Positions 45,437-54,865 of a DNA stretch of 64,000 nt are shown here, piece after piece. Source of the stretch: an uncultured Elusimicrobia bacterium (lineage in GTDB: Bacteria; Elusimicrobiota; Elusimicrobia; UBA1565; UBA9628); the NCBI GenBank assembly GCA_964600165.1, contig CAZRIP010000003.1:4683-68682 (forward strand), written 5' to 3'. A program made the translations under genes and the position numbers. Numbering within the stretch: the first letter of the stretch is position 1; each line of letters begins with the position of its first letter. The notes beneath the pieces were generated by a model, which saw nothing but the letters and a program-made list of their open reading frames with translations, was not told where the DNA came from and did not search any database.

Positions 45437-47795
45437 CTGGCTCAAGGAGCGCCTCCCGCTCTCGCTCTCCGCCGAGCAGCTCGCGGAGCGCATGCCGCAG
45501 CTCGGCTTCGAGGTGGCGTCCATCGAGAAACGCGGGCCCGCGTTCACGGGCGTCGTGACCGCGCAGATCCTCCAGATCGACAAGCACCCGAACGCGGACC
45601 GCCTCTCTCTGTGCGTCGTCGAAGACGGCACCGGCAAAGTATCTGTTGTTTGCGGCGCGAAGAACATAGCCGTCGGCCAAAAGATCCCTTTTGCCCGCGT
45701 CGGCGCCGTGCTTCCCGGCGACTTCAAGATCACGAAGTCCAAGATCCGCGGCGTGGAGTCGAACGGGATGATCTGCTCGGCGGAAGAGCTGGGCATCGGA
45801 AAAGCGAACGGCGGCATCCTCGTCCTCGATCCGAGTATCAGCATCGGCAAGGACTTCGCCTCCATGCTCGGTCCGGCCGACGACGTGCTCGAAGTCGAGA
45901 TCACGCCGAACCGGCCCGACTGCCTTTCGCACTTGGGCCTGGCGCGCGAGCTCGCCGTCTTCCTCAAGACGCCTCTCGTCCATAAGCCGCTGCCCGCGCT
46001 TTCGGAGTCCGGCGAGTGCCCCAGGATCACGATCAAGGACCCTCTTTCCTGCCCTCGCTACGTCGGCCGCTTGATCACGGGCGTGAAGGTCGCGGAGAGC
46101 CCGGCCTGGCTCAAGGCCAAGCTCGAGGCCGTCGGCCTGCGCCCGATCAACAACGTCGTCGACGTCACCAATCTCATCTTGATGGACATGGGGCAGCCGC
46201 TGCACGCCTTCGACCTTCAGAAGCTGAGCGGCCCGGAGATCGTCGTCCGAGCCGCTTCCAAAGGCGAAAGGATCAAGGCTCTCGACGGCAAGACCTACGA
46301 CCTGACCGACGCCAACCTCGTGATCGCCGACGCGCAAAAGCCGGTCGCCATCGCGGGCGTCATGGGAGGCGAGGAGACGGGCGTGACGGAAGCGACGACG
46401 TCGGTGCTGCTCGAGTCCGCGTACTTCGCGCCGCCGGCCGTGCGCAAGAGCGGCCAGAAGCTGCGCCTGCGCAGCGACTCGTCCTATCGCTTCGAGCGCG
46501 GCGTCGATCCCGGCGCCGTCGAGGAAGCGTCGGCGCGCGCGGCGGCGTTGATCGCCGAGCTCACCGGCGGCAAGGCGTCCACGGCGCGCGCCGCCGGCGA
46601 GGCGTATAAGCCCCGCCCCGCGATCTCTTTTACGAGCGCGCGCATCAACCGGATCCTCGGCTCCGAGTTCTCGGAGAAGGAGATCCTCGGCGTCCTTTCC
46701 GCGATCGGCGCGATCTCCCCGCACGAGTTCTCCGCGCCTTCGCACCGCGGCGACTTGGAGACCGTCTGGGACCTCGCGGAGGAGGTCGGCCGCCTGCTCG
46801 GCTACGACGCGATCCCCTCGCGCATCAAGCCTTTCACCGTCGAGCCGTCGGCGCAGACGCCGATGCAGACCCTCGGCGCTCGCCTGCGCCAGCGGCTCGT
46901 CGCGCAAGGATTCTTCGAGGCCTATAACTACGACCTCATCGCAAGGAAGGAGCTGACGAGCCTCGGCATGGCGGCCGAGGGCTTGGTCGAGCTCGCGAAC
47001 CCGCTTTCCGAGGACTGGGCGCTGCTGCGGCCGTCGCTGCTGCCGAGCCTCCTGCGCAACGCGGTCTTCAACAAGAACCGCGGCGCCAAGGCCGCGCGGC
47101 TCTTCGAGCTCGGCAAGATTTACGGCAAGGCGGAGGGGCAAGTCACGGAGCGCTGGCGCCTGGCCGGCGTCATGCTCGGCCCCGTCGCGCCGGCGTTCTG
47201 GAAAGCGGCGCGCACCCCCGACGCCGATTTCCACGATTTGAAGGGCGTGATCGAGGATCTGGTCGCCGGCCTCCCCGGCGTCAAACTCGAGCCGCGCGGC
47301 GTCGACCCTCACTGCCCGAACACGCCGCTCTATCATCCCGGCGCGGCGATGAAGCTCACGCTCGGGAAAGAGAAGCTCGGCGACTTCGGACTCCTGCATC
47401 CGCGCGTCGCGCGCGCGCTCGACCTCGACCGCCAGCCGGTCGGCGTCTTCAATCTCAAGCTCGACGTGCTTTTGTCGGCGAAAGCGCCCGCGACGCGTTT
47501 TACGCCGTTCTCGGTCTTCCCTTCCGTTGAGCGCGACCTCAGCTTCTTCGTCGACGCCAAGCGCCTCTACGCGGAGCTCGAGTCCGCTATCCGCGAAGCC
47601 GCCGGAGCCGAGTTGCGAGGGCTCTCGCTCATCGATCTGTTCGCGGGCAAGGGCGTTCCCGAAGGCAAGCGCAGCCTCACGGTCCGCCTGGTCTTTTCCA
47701 GAGAAGACCGCACGCTCACCGACCCCGAGGTCAACCAAGCGGTCGACGCGGCGATCAAGGCGCTGGAGGCCGCCGGCGCGATCTTGCGCAAATGA
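45420..47795 (+). CDS. pheT: Phenylalanine--tRNA ligase beta subunit
   Basis: MKISFNWLKE N-terminus. tRNA-binding, B3/B4, B5 and FDX-ACB domains. 791 aa. Overlaps pheS by 17 nt. Confidence 0.95.
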   Translation: MKISFNWLKERLPLSLSAEQLAERMPQLGFEVASIEKRGPAFTGVVTAQILQIDKHPNADRLSLCVVEDGTGKVSVVCGAKNIAVGQKIPFARVGAVLPGDFKITKSKIRGVESNGMICSAEELGIGKANGGILVLDPSISIGKDFASMLGPADDVLEVEITPNRPDCLSHLGLARELAVFLKTPLVHKPLPALSESGECPRITIKDPLSCPRYVGRLITGVKVAESPAWLKAKLEAVGLRPINNVVDVTNLILMDMGQPLHAFDLQKLSGPEIVVRAASKGERIKALDGKTYDLTDANLVIADAQKPVAIAGVMGGEETGVTEATTSVLLESAYFAPPAVRKSGQKLRLRSDSSYRFERGVDPGAVEEASARAAALIAELTGGKASTARAAGEAYKPRPAISFTSARINRILGSEFSEKEILGVLSAIGAISPHEFSAPSHRGDLETVWDLAEEVGRLLGYDAIPSRIKPFTVEPSAQTPMQTLGARLRQRLVAQGFFEAYNYDLIARKELTSLGMAAEGLVELANPLSEDWALLRPSLLPSLLRNAVFNKNRGAKAARLFELGKIYGKAEGQVTERWRLAGVMLGPVAPAFWKAARTPDADFHDLKGVIEDLVAGLPGVKLEPRGVDPHCPNTPLYHPGAAMKLTLGKEKLGDFGLLHPRVARALDLDRQPVGVFNLKLDVLLSAKAPATRFTPFSVFPSVERDLSFFVDAKRLYAELESAIREAAGAELRGLSLIDLFAGKGVPEGKRSLTVRLVFSREDRTLTDPEVNQAVDAAIKALEAAGAILRK

Positions 47796-48028
47796 TCGCC
47801 TCCAGCGGGCTCAAGCGCCTCGAGGCGCTCGTCGCGCAGGCCGCCCAGCAGCTCAAGGCCCTCGGCGACGAGAACTCGAGGCTGACCTCCATGAACGAGC
47901 GCCTCGACCGGGAGAACCGCCAGCTCAAAGAGGAGCTCAAGCGCCTCAGCCAGACCGCCGGCCGGCACGAGAGGCTCAGGCAGCGCCTGCTCAAGCTGTC
48001 GCAAAAACTCGACAAGATTTCTCCCTGA
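47792..48028 (+). CDS. ZapB-like coiled-coil protein
   Basis: 78 aa, entirely heptad-like coiled coil. ATGA overlap with pheT. Lies immediately upstream of zapA. Confidence 0.5.
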   Translation: MIASSGLKRLEALVAQAAQQLKALGDENSRLTSMNERLDRENRQLKEELKRLSQTAGRHERLRQRLLKLSQKLDKISP

Positions 48029-48038
48029 TAAAAAACTC

Positions 48039-48338
48039 ATGAACGACAAAGTCGAGATCACGATCTTCCGCCGCAACCTCACCGTCGAGATGGAAGGCTT
48101 CGCGCCGATGGAGATCGCCGCTCTCGCGCAAAAGGTCACCGAGAAGATGCAGGAGATGGCCGACCAAAACCAGAAGATCGCGGACTCGAGCAAGCTCGCG
48201 ATCTTGACGGCCTTGGACTTCGCCGCGCAGCTTTATCAGCTCTCGCAGAAGATCGACACCGAGCAGCGCGCCTCCGAGCACAAGCTGGAAGAGCTGACTC
48301 TGGCGCTTCAGAGCGCGCTCGCCGCCTCCAAACGGTGA
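48039..48338 (+). CDS. zapA: Cell division protein ZapA
   Basis: KVEITIFRRNLTVEMEGFAPMEIAALAQKV... followed by a C-terminal coiled coil. This is the ZapA fold pattern. Confidence 0.7.
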   Translation: MNDKVEITIFRRNLTVEMEGFAPMEIAALAQKVTEKMQEMADQNQKIADSSKLAILTALDFAAQLYQLSQKIDTEQRASEHKLEELTLALQSALAASKR

Positions 48339-49639
48339 CGGAGCTCTTTCCCACCGAGCCACCGCTGTCCGCCCAGCCGCTCGCCGCGCGGATGGCGCCG
48401 CGCGCGCTCGACGAGTTCGCGGGCCAGGAGGCGCTGCTCGGCCCAGGCAAGATGCTGCGCCGGCTCGTCGAGGCGAACAAGTTCTCCTCCGCGATCTTCT
48501 TCGGCCCTCCGGGCGTCGGCAAGACGGCCCTCGCGCGCTTCATCGCCAAGCAAGCGAGCGCCCACGTCGTGGAGCTCAACGCGGTGGCCGCGGGCGTCGC
48601 TGATTTAAAAAAAGCCCTGGAGCAGGCGCGTTTCGACCGCTCGAGCCGGAACCTGAAGACCTTGCTCCTGGTCGACGAGATCCATCACTTCAACCGCACC
48701 CAGCAAGACGTGCTGCTGCCCGCCGCCGAGCGCGGCGAGGTCTTCCTGATCGGCATGACGACGGAGAATCCTTCGTTCTACGTCAACGCGGCCCTCTTAT
48801 CCCGCGTGACGGCCTTCGAGTTCCAGCCGCTGCCGCAAGGCGAGCTCGAAAAGCTGCTCGATCGGGCCGTCGCCGACAAAGAGCGCGGCCTGGGGCGGAT
48901 GAAAGTCCAGCTCTCGCCCGAGGCGCGCAAGCACTTGGCGACGATGGCCGGCGGCGACGCTCGCAAGATGCTCAACGCCCTGGAGCTCGCCGCGCTCTCG
49001 ACCGCCGCGGACGCCAAGGACGTCAAGAGGATCACGCTGGAAGTCGCCGAGGAATCCATCCAGCGGCGCTCGATCCGCTACGACAAGAAATCCGACGACC
49101 ATTACGACCACATCTCCGCTTTCATCAAGTCGATGCGCGGCTCCGATCCCGACGCCGCGCTCTATTGGATGGCCAAGATGCTCGCCGCGGGCGAGGACGC
49201 GCGCTTCATCGCGCGCCGCGTGTTGATCTGCGCCTCCGAGGACGTCGGCAACGCCGACTTCCGCGCGCTGCTGGTCGCGCAGGCGGCGTTTCACGCGGTC
49301 GAAGTTCTGGGCATGCCCGAGGCCCGCATCACGCTCGCCCAAGCCGTCACGTTCGTCGCCAGCGCGCCTAAGTCGAACGCGGCCTATCTCGCCGTCGACG
49401 CGGCGATGAACGAAGCGCAGCGCGGCGAGACGCGCGAGGTCCCGCTCCATCTACGCGACGCGAGCATGGACCGCAAGACCCGCGGCCACGGCGAGGGCTA
49501 CAAGTACGCCCACGACTACCCCGGCCACTGGGTGGCGCAAGAGTACATGCCGAAGCCGGTCGTCTTCTACGAGCCGTCGGACCAAGGCGACGAGAAGCGC
49601 ATCGGTGAAAGGCTGCGCGAGCTTCGAAAGAAGCGCTAG
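48335..49639 (+). CDS. rarA: Replication-associated recombination protein A (AAA+ ATPase)
   Basis: Walker A GPPGVGKT, Walker B LLVDEIHHFN, and the MgsA C-terminal domain. GTGA overlap with zapA. Confidence 0.9.
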   Translation: MTELFPTEPPLSAQPLAARMAPRALDEFAGQEALLGPGKMLRRLVEANKFSSAIFFGPPGVGKTALARFIAKQASAHVVELNAVAAGVADLKKALEQARFDRSSRNLKTLLLVDEIHHFNRTQQDVLLPAAERGEVFLIGMTTENPSFYVNAALLSRVTAFEFQPLPQGELEKLLDRAVADKERGLGRMKVQLSPEARKHLATMAGGDARKMLNALELAALSTAADAKDVKRITLEVAEESIQRRSIRYDKKSDDHYDHISAFIKSMRGSDPDAALYWMAKMLAAGEDARFIARRVLICASEDVGNADFRALLVAQAAFHAVEVLGMPEARITLAQAVTFVASAPKSNAAYLAVDAAMNEAQRGETREVPLHLRDASMDRKTRGHGEGYKYAHDYPGHWVAQEYMPKPVVFYEPSDQGDEKRIGERLRELRKKR

Positions 49640-49642
49640 CCG

Positions 49643-49670
49643 CTGTCCCCGGGGACAGTCTTCTTCTCTC
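49643..49670 (+). terminator. Rho-independent terminator of rarA
   Basis: CTGTCCCCGGGGACAG is a perfect GC-rich dyad. It is followed by TCTTCTTCTCTC, 4 nt after the rarA stop. Confidence 0.5.
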
Positions 49671-49678
49671 GCGTTCAG

Positions 49679-49698
49679 CATCCGCCACGTGGCGGATG
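49679..49698. repeat. 20-bp perfect palindrome CATCCGCCACGTGGCGGATG (copy 2 of the repeated motif)
   Basis: Identical to the 21-nt core at 17697-17718. Lies between the rarA terminator and the xseA ATG (49718). Confidence 0.6.
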
Positions 49699-49717
49699 AT
49701 TGGTAGAATTGAACGGC

Positions 49718-50926
49718 ATGCCCGCCCCATCTACGGCGAAGGTCCTCTCGATCACCGAGCTCAACGAGCATATCCACGACCTGCTCGAAAGCTCCTTCTC
49801 GGAGCTCTGGGTCGAGGGCGAGATCTCGAACTGCAAGACCTACCCGTCGGGCCACACCTACCTCACGCTCAAAGACGAAAAATCGCAGATCCGCGCCGTG
49901 CTCTGGAAGGGCAACGCGTTCGGGCTCAAGTTCCGCCCCGAGGACGGCCTCAAGATACTCGCCCGCGGGCGAGTGACCTCTTATCCGGTCCGCGGCGACC
50001 TGCAGTTCGTGCTCTCGACGCTCGAGCCCAAGGAAAAAGGCGGCCTGCAGCTCGCCTTCGAGCAGCTCAAGGCCAAGCTCGAGGCCGAGGGGCTCTTCGC
50101 CGAGGAGCGCAAGCGGCCGCTGCCGGCTTACCCGCGCTCGATCGGCGTCGTCACGTCGCTTCAAGGCGCCGCGCTGCGCGACATCCTCTCCGTGCTGCGC
50201 CGCCGCTGGGAGGGGCTCGAAGTCCTCGTAGCGCCCGTCGCCGTCCAGGGCGAGGCCGCCAAAGACGAGATCGCGCGCGCCATCGCCGACCTCAATCGAC
50301 ACTTTCCCGATCTCGATATCCTGCTCGTCGGGCGCGGCGGCGGCTCTATCGAGGATCTATGGGCCTTCAACGAGGAGAAGGTCGCGCGCGCCATCGCGGC
50401 TTCCGACATCCCGGTCATCTCATGCGTCGGGCACGAGACCGATTTCACGATCGCCGACTTCGTCGCGGATCGCCGCGCGCCCACGCCGTCGGCCGCCGCC
50501 GAGCTGGCCGTCCCCGACAAGCGCGCCGCGCTCGAGGCCGTCTACGGCCTGGAAAAAGACCTCGTCGATTCCACGCTCGTCCTCATCGAGCGGCTCGAGC
50601 AGCGGCTCGATCACCTCGCGCGCCATCCAGCCCTGCTGAGTCCGACCCGCCTCTACGAAGAAAAGCTGCGCCGCGCCCAAGAGCTCGCGACACGTCTGCC
50701 CGAGGCCGCGCGTCAAATACTCAGGCACGCCGAGAAAGACTTGGCCCTCCAGGCCCAGCGCCTCGACGCGTTCTCGCCGCTCAAGGTGCTCGCGCGCGGC
50801 TACGCGATCGCGGAGAAGCGCCCGGGCGGCGAGATATTGAGGAAAGCGTCGCAGGTCAGGACCGGCGATAAAATTTTACTCCGTCTACACGAAGGCGCCG
50901 TCCCCTGCGAGGTCATCGATGAATAA
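49718..50926 (+). CDS. xseA: Exodeoxyribonuclease VII large subunit
   Basis: VLSITELNEHIHDLLESSFSELWVEGEISN (OB-fold N-terminus) aligns with E. coli XseA. ATG at 49718 preferred over the TTG at 49700. Confidence 0.9.
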   Translation: MPAPSTAKVLSITELNEHIHDLLESSFSELWVEGEISNCKTYPSGHTYLTLKDEKSQIRAVLWKGNAFGLKFRPEDGLKILARGRVTSYPVRGDLQFVLSTLEPKEKGGLQLAFEQLKAKLEAEGLFAEERKRPLPAYPRSIGVVTSLQGAALRDILSVLRRRWEGLEVLVAPVAVQGEAAKDEIARAIADLNRHFPDLDILLVGRGGGSIEDLWAFNEEKVARAIAASDIPVISCVGHETDFTIADFVADRRAPTPSAAAELAVPDKRAALEAVYGLEKDLVDSTLVLIERLEQRLDHLARHPALLSPTRLYEEKLRRAQELATRLPEAARQILRHAEKDLALQAQRLDAFSPLKVLARGYAIAEKRPGGEILRKASQVRTGDKILLRLHEGAVPCEVIDE

Positions 50927-51158
50927 GATCAATAGCGCGAAGAAGGAGTCGTTCGAGTCTTCGCTCAAATCCCTCGAAGAGCTCGTGCGCGCGCTCGAGG
51001 CCGGCGACACGGGCCTCGAGGAAAGCCTCGCGCTCTTCGAAAAGGGCGTGGCGCTGTCCAAGTCCTTGACCAAGCAGCTCGAGGAAGCCAAGCACAAGGT
51101 CGAAGTGTTGACCATGGAGAACGGCAAGCCCGGGAAAAAATCGCTCGCGGAGGACTGA
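50919..51158 (+). CDS. xseB: Exodeoxyribonuclease VII small subunit
   Basis: ESFESSLKSLEELVRALEAGDTGLEESLALFEKGVALSK is the XseB helical hairpin. Confidence 0.85.
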   Translation: MNKINSAKKESFESSLKSLEELVRALEAGDTGLEESLALFEKGVALSKSLTKQLEEAKHKVEVLTMENGKPGKKSLAED

Positions 51159-51204
51159 GATCGCCGATACGAAGCGCCTGCTTTCGCTGGATATCTTCCG
51201 AGGG

Positions 51205-52269
51205 TTGACGATCGCCGGCATGATCGTCGTGAACTCCTCGGGAAGCGACAACGTCTATCCCACCCTCGACCACGCGCCCTGGCACGGCTGCACGTTCGCC
51301 GACTTCGTCTTTCCGAGCTTTCTGGTGATCATGGGCGTATCCCTGTCTTTATCCCTGCGCGGGAGGCTCGAGCGCGGAGAGCATCGCGAGCGCATCTTCA
51401 AGCAAGCCCTCCAGCGCGCGGCGATCATCTTCGGGCTGGGCCTGCTGATGAACCTCGTCTATTACGCCTCGGGCTCGCAGCCGAATTTCCGCTACATGGG
51501 CGTGCTGCAACGCATCGCGCTCTGCTACTTGCTGTCCTCGACGCTCTTCTTGGTCTCGGGCTGGAAGAGGCAAGCGGCGGTCACCGCCGCGCTCATCGCG
51601 GGCTACTGGCTCCTCCTCACGCGCGTGCCGGTGCCCGGCTACGGCGCGCCGGACCTCACCGAGCAAGGAAATCTCGCGTCTTGGCTCGACCGCGCGCTCT
51701 TAGCCGGTCACCTCTACAAGCCGTACTTCGACCCCGAGGGCTTGCTCGGCACGATTCCTTCCGTCGCCACCACGCTGTTCGGCGTGCTCGCGGCGCGCTG
51801 GCTCGGCTCGCGAGCCGCGCCCGAGCGCAAGGCGCTCGGCATGATCGCGGCGGGGCTCGCGCTCGCCGCCGCCGGCTATTTGTGGAGCGCGACCTTTCCT
51901 TTCAACAAGCATCTCTGGACGAGCTCCTTCGCGCTTTGGACGGGCGGCGTCTCGCTCGCCCTCCTCGGCGCCTGCTACGGCGTGATCGAGCTGCGCGGCG
52001 CCTGGAAGTGGCTGCGCCCGCTCGAGTGGTTCGGGCGCAACTCGCTGCTGTCCTACTTCCTGTCGGGGCTTCTCTACGGCCTGCAGGAGTTCGTCTCGAT
52101 CCACGGCGCCGACGGGCGCATGAACGTCAAGCTTTGGATCACGAATATCCTTTTCGGCTCGTGGCTGCAGCCGCGCGCGGCCTCGCTCGCCTACGCGCTC
52201 GTTTTCACCGCGCTCTGCCTGCTCATGATGGCGGAGCTCCACCGCCGCAAGGTCTACCTCAAGATCTAG
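51205..52269 (+). CDS. Membrane acyltransferase, DUF5009/HGSNAT-like
   Basis: ~10 TM helices. The track start is the TTG at 51205. The conserved family N-terminal segment KRLLSLDIFRGLTIAGMIVVN begins upstream of that codon (see findings). Confidence 0.65.
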   Translation: MTIAGMIVVNSSGSDNVYPTLDHAPWHGCTFADFVFPSFLVIMGVSLSLSLRGRLERGEHRERIFKQALQRAAIIFGLGLLMNLVYYASGSQPNFRYMGVLQRIALCYLLSSTLFLVSGWKRQAAVTAALIAGYWLLLTRVPVPGYGAPDLTEQGNLASWLDRALLAGHLYKPYFDPEGLLGTIPSVATTLFGVLAARWLGSRAAPERKALGMIAAGLALAAAGYLWSATFPFNKHLWTSSFALWTGGVSLALLGACYGVIELRGAWKWLRPLEWFGRNSLLSYFLSGLLYGLQEFVSIHGADGRMNVKLWITNILFGSWLQPRAASLAYALVFTALCLLMMAELHRRKVYLKI

Positions 52270-53204
52270 TGAGCGAGCCGGCCGACGTCGAGGTCAAGGT
52301 GCCCTTCGAGGTCCAAGCGCCCCACGAAGGCTGGCGCGTCGACCGCTACCTGGCCCAGCGGCTTCACGGCTACTCGCGCGCGGCCGTGCAGAGGCTGATC
52401 GCCGACGGCAAGGTCTCGATCCGCGGACGCGCGGCGAAGGCGTCGACGACGGTCAAGGACGGGGACGTCGTCGTGATCCGCTACCTCAGGACGCCGGAGC
52501 CGCCTCCGGGCGTCGAGCGGCTCGACGTCCTCTACGAGGACGAGCAGCTGCTCGCCGTCGACAAGCCCGCGGGCGTGCTCTCGCACCCGACGGACAAGAT
52601 CGTGCGCAACGCGGCGACGTCGATCTTGAAGCTTCAGCTGCCGGGCCGCAAGCTCCACCTCGCCCATCGGCTCGACCGCGAGACGAGCGGCGTGCTGCTC
52701 TTTTCCAGATCGCCCGAGGCGGCGCGCGCGCTGGGCGAGGCGTTCCTCGAACGCCGCGTCGAGAAGGAGTACCTCGCCGCCGTCGCCGGCCGCGTGACGT
52801 GGGAGACGAAGACCGTCGACGCGCCGCTCGGCAGGGAGGGCGGCGAGATCAGGGTGCGGCAGAAGGCGGGCGAGGGCCGCCGCGCCGTGACGGAGTTTAC
52901 GCGTGTCGACGCCGGCGAAGAGGCTTCGCTCGTGCGCTGCGTGCCCAAGACCGGGCGGCTGCATCAGATCCGCGTCCACCTGGCCTTGCTCGGCCATCCG
53001 ATCCTCGGCGACAAGCTCTATAAAGGAGACGGCGCGGCCTACATGAAGGCCGTGCGGCGCGAGTTGGCGGAAGAGGACTTGGTCGCTCTCGGCGCGAGGC
53101 GCCAGATGCTCCACGCGGCTAAGCTCACCCTGGCGCATCCGATCACCGGCCGCATGCTCGTGATCGAGTCCCCTCTCCCCGCCGATTTCGTCCTGCCCGG
53201 CTAA
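52269..53204 (+). CDS. rluD: RluA-family 23S rRNA pseudouridine synthase (RluD-like)
   Basis: S4 domain plus catalytic HRLDRETSGVLL. GTG start with TAGTG overlap. Confidence 0.85.
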   Translation: MSEPADVEVKVPFEVQAPHEGWRVDRYLAQRLHGYSRAAVQRLIADGKVSIRGRAAKASTTVKDGDVVVIRYLRTPEPPPGVERLDVLYEDEQLLAVDKPAGVLSHPTDKIVRNAATSILKLQLPGRKLHLAHRLDRETSGVLLFSRSPEAARALGEAFLERRVEKEYLAAVAGRVTWETKTVDAPLGREGGEIRVRQKAGEGRRAVTEFTRVDAGEEASLVRCVPKTGRLHQIRVHLALLGHPILGDKLYKGDGAAYMKAVRRELAEEDLVALGARRQMLHAAKLTLAHPITGRMLVIESPLPADFVLPG

Positions 53205-53950
53205 AGATCTTCGGGAGTGGGCGGAGGCTTGCGGTGCTTCTTGTATTCTTTCGCGGGAATGATCCTCGTGACCGTGGCGGTCCGGCCGCGGATCTCGAAG
53301 TGGACGTCGCAGTCGTAGATGAAGAACCCGAGGTCCTTGCCCTCTTTCATCTGCGAGCGGTCGCGGTGGTTGCGCAAGTCGCGGGAAAGGATCTCGATGA
53401 TCAAGTCGCGCAGGCCCGCTTGGCCGATCGAAAGCCGCCGGTGCACCTCGGCCTCGGCCGCCGGAGAGAAGACGACCGCGAAGAGCTCCTCGGCCGCGCT
53501 CGTCCAGCCTTCCTTGGCGTCCGCGACGCGGTCGTAGCTCGGGATATAGGGCTTAACGTCCAAGATCGGCGTGCCGTCGACGAGGTCGACCTCGGCCAGA
53601 TGCAGCGTGTCTCCCTCGACGCGCAGGAGCCTCGCCGCCGAGAGGCCGATCGGCGACGGGCGGTGCGGCGAGCGCGACGCGAAAACGCCGACGGTCTTGC
53701 CCTTCAGGCGCGGCGGGTGCACGGTCGAGAGGAAGATCTTGTTCGTGTTGAGATTGAAATACGCGAGAAGCCAGACGTGAGAGAATTCGGCCAGACCCTT
53801 GAGGGATTGCTCCGGGATGAACTCGGCCTTGATCTTGAGCCGGGCCCGCGAGTGCGGGACGAGGCCAGGCTGGCGCGGCGCGCCGAATTTCTCCTTGAAG
53901 CAAGATTCGAGCACGCCGATCGCGCGCACGAGCCTTCGGGGAGCCGTCAC
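53201..53950 (-). CDS. trmO: tRNA (adenine37-N6)-methyltransferase TrmO/TsaA
   Basis: YaeB-like domain (IGVLES...FSHVWLLAYFN...RSPHRPSPIGLS). The GTG at 53950 forms a GTGA overlap with the eamA stop. The upstream Arg-rich 175 codons are rejected. Confidence 0.8.
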   Translation of the reverse strand: MTAPRRLVRAIGVLESCFKEKFGAPRQPGLVPHSRARLKIKAEFIPEQSLKGLAEFSHVWLLAYFNLNTNKIFLSTVHPPRLKGKTVGVFASRSPHRPSPIGLSAARLLRVEGDTLHLAEVDLVDGTPILDVKPYIPSYDRVADAKEGWTSAAEELFAVVFSPAAEAEVHRRLSIGQAGLRDLIIEILSRDLRNHRDRSQMKEGKDLGFFIYDCDVHFEIRGRTATVTRIIPAKEYKKHRKPPPTPEDL

Positions 53951-54840
53951 GCCGGAAGGACCTCCTTCTTGCGGCCCTTGAGCAGGGGCAGCTTCGACAG
54001 CTCCCCCGCCATCATAGCCGCGACGATGAGCCCGCCGCCAGCCGCGCGCGCCGGGACGAAAACCTCGCCGCCGAGCGTCCATGAAAAGAGCGCGGCGAAC
54101 ACCGGCTCGAGCGAGAAGATCAAGGAGACTTTCACCGGCGAGGTGGATTTCTGCGCGACCATCTGGATGTAGAAGGCCGACAGGGTGGGGATCAAGGCGA
54201 GGAACACGATCACCTCCGCGGCCCCGGGCTTCCCGACCGTCATCGGCCGGCCTCCCGCGAGCGCGAACGCGAACGAGATCAAGCCCGTCATCCAGAATTG
54301 GTGAAAGGCGAGCAGGATCGCGTCCGCGTCGGCGCGCACGTACACGTCCGTGGCCAGCAAGTGCGCGGCGTATGTGACCGCGGCGACGATCGTCAACAGG
54401 TCGCCGCGATTGCAGTTGGCGATCCCGCCCATAAGAAGCCACAATCCCCCGAGCGCGAGCAGGGAAGAGCCCCATTGAACCGTCGTCGGCGGCTTCTTGA
54501 AGAACAGGAGCAGGAAGATGGGCACGAAGATCACGAACAATCCCGTGATGAAGCCCGAATTAGACGCGGATGTGTATCTCAGGCCGATCGTCTGCGTCAG
54601 ATACAACGCGCCGAGGATGGCGGCGAGGATCGCCGCTTCCTTCATATGCGCGAGCGGATTCTTGCGCCGCAGCGCCCAGGGCGCCAGGCACGCGGCCGAG
54701 AGCAAGAAACGGTAGGCGACGAGCACGACCGGGTCGACCGCGGAGAGCGCGCCCTTGACCATCGGGAAGGTCGCGCCCCAGACGGCGGCGCAATAGACCA
54801 AGCCGACGTCGGCGACCCAAGGCGAAAACGCGTCCGGCAC
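53947..54840 (-). CDS. EamA/DMT-superfamily transporter
   Basis: 10 TM helices arranged as two EamA repeats. 297 aa. Confidence 0.8.
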   Translation of the reverse strand: MPDAFSPWVADVGLVYCAAVWGATFPMVKGALSAVDPVVLVAYRFLLSAACLAPWALRRKNPLAHMKEAAILAAILGALYLTQTIGLRYTSASNSGFITGLFVIFVPIFLLLFFKKPPTTVQWGSSLLALGGLWLLMGGIANCNRGDLLTIVAAVTYAAHLLATDVYVRADADAILLAFHQFWMTGLISFAFALAGGRPMTVGKPGAAEVIVFLALIPTLSAFYIQMVAQKSTSPVKVSLIFSLEPVFAALFSWTLGGEVFVPARAAGGGLIVAAMMAGELSKLPLLKGRKKEVLPA

Positions 54841-54865
54841 GGCGATTAATATATCATAAGCGCGT

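Noticed and set aside
45264-47738. 824-aa minus-strand ORF across pheT
   Set aside because: Antisense to pheT. No recognisable domains.
53951-54475. Upstream 175 codons of the 53201-54475 minus ORF
   Set aside because: They lie inside the eamA gene in another frame and are Arg/Gly-rich. TrmO homology starts at the GTG at 53950, which forms a GTGA junction with the eamA stop.
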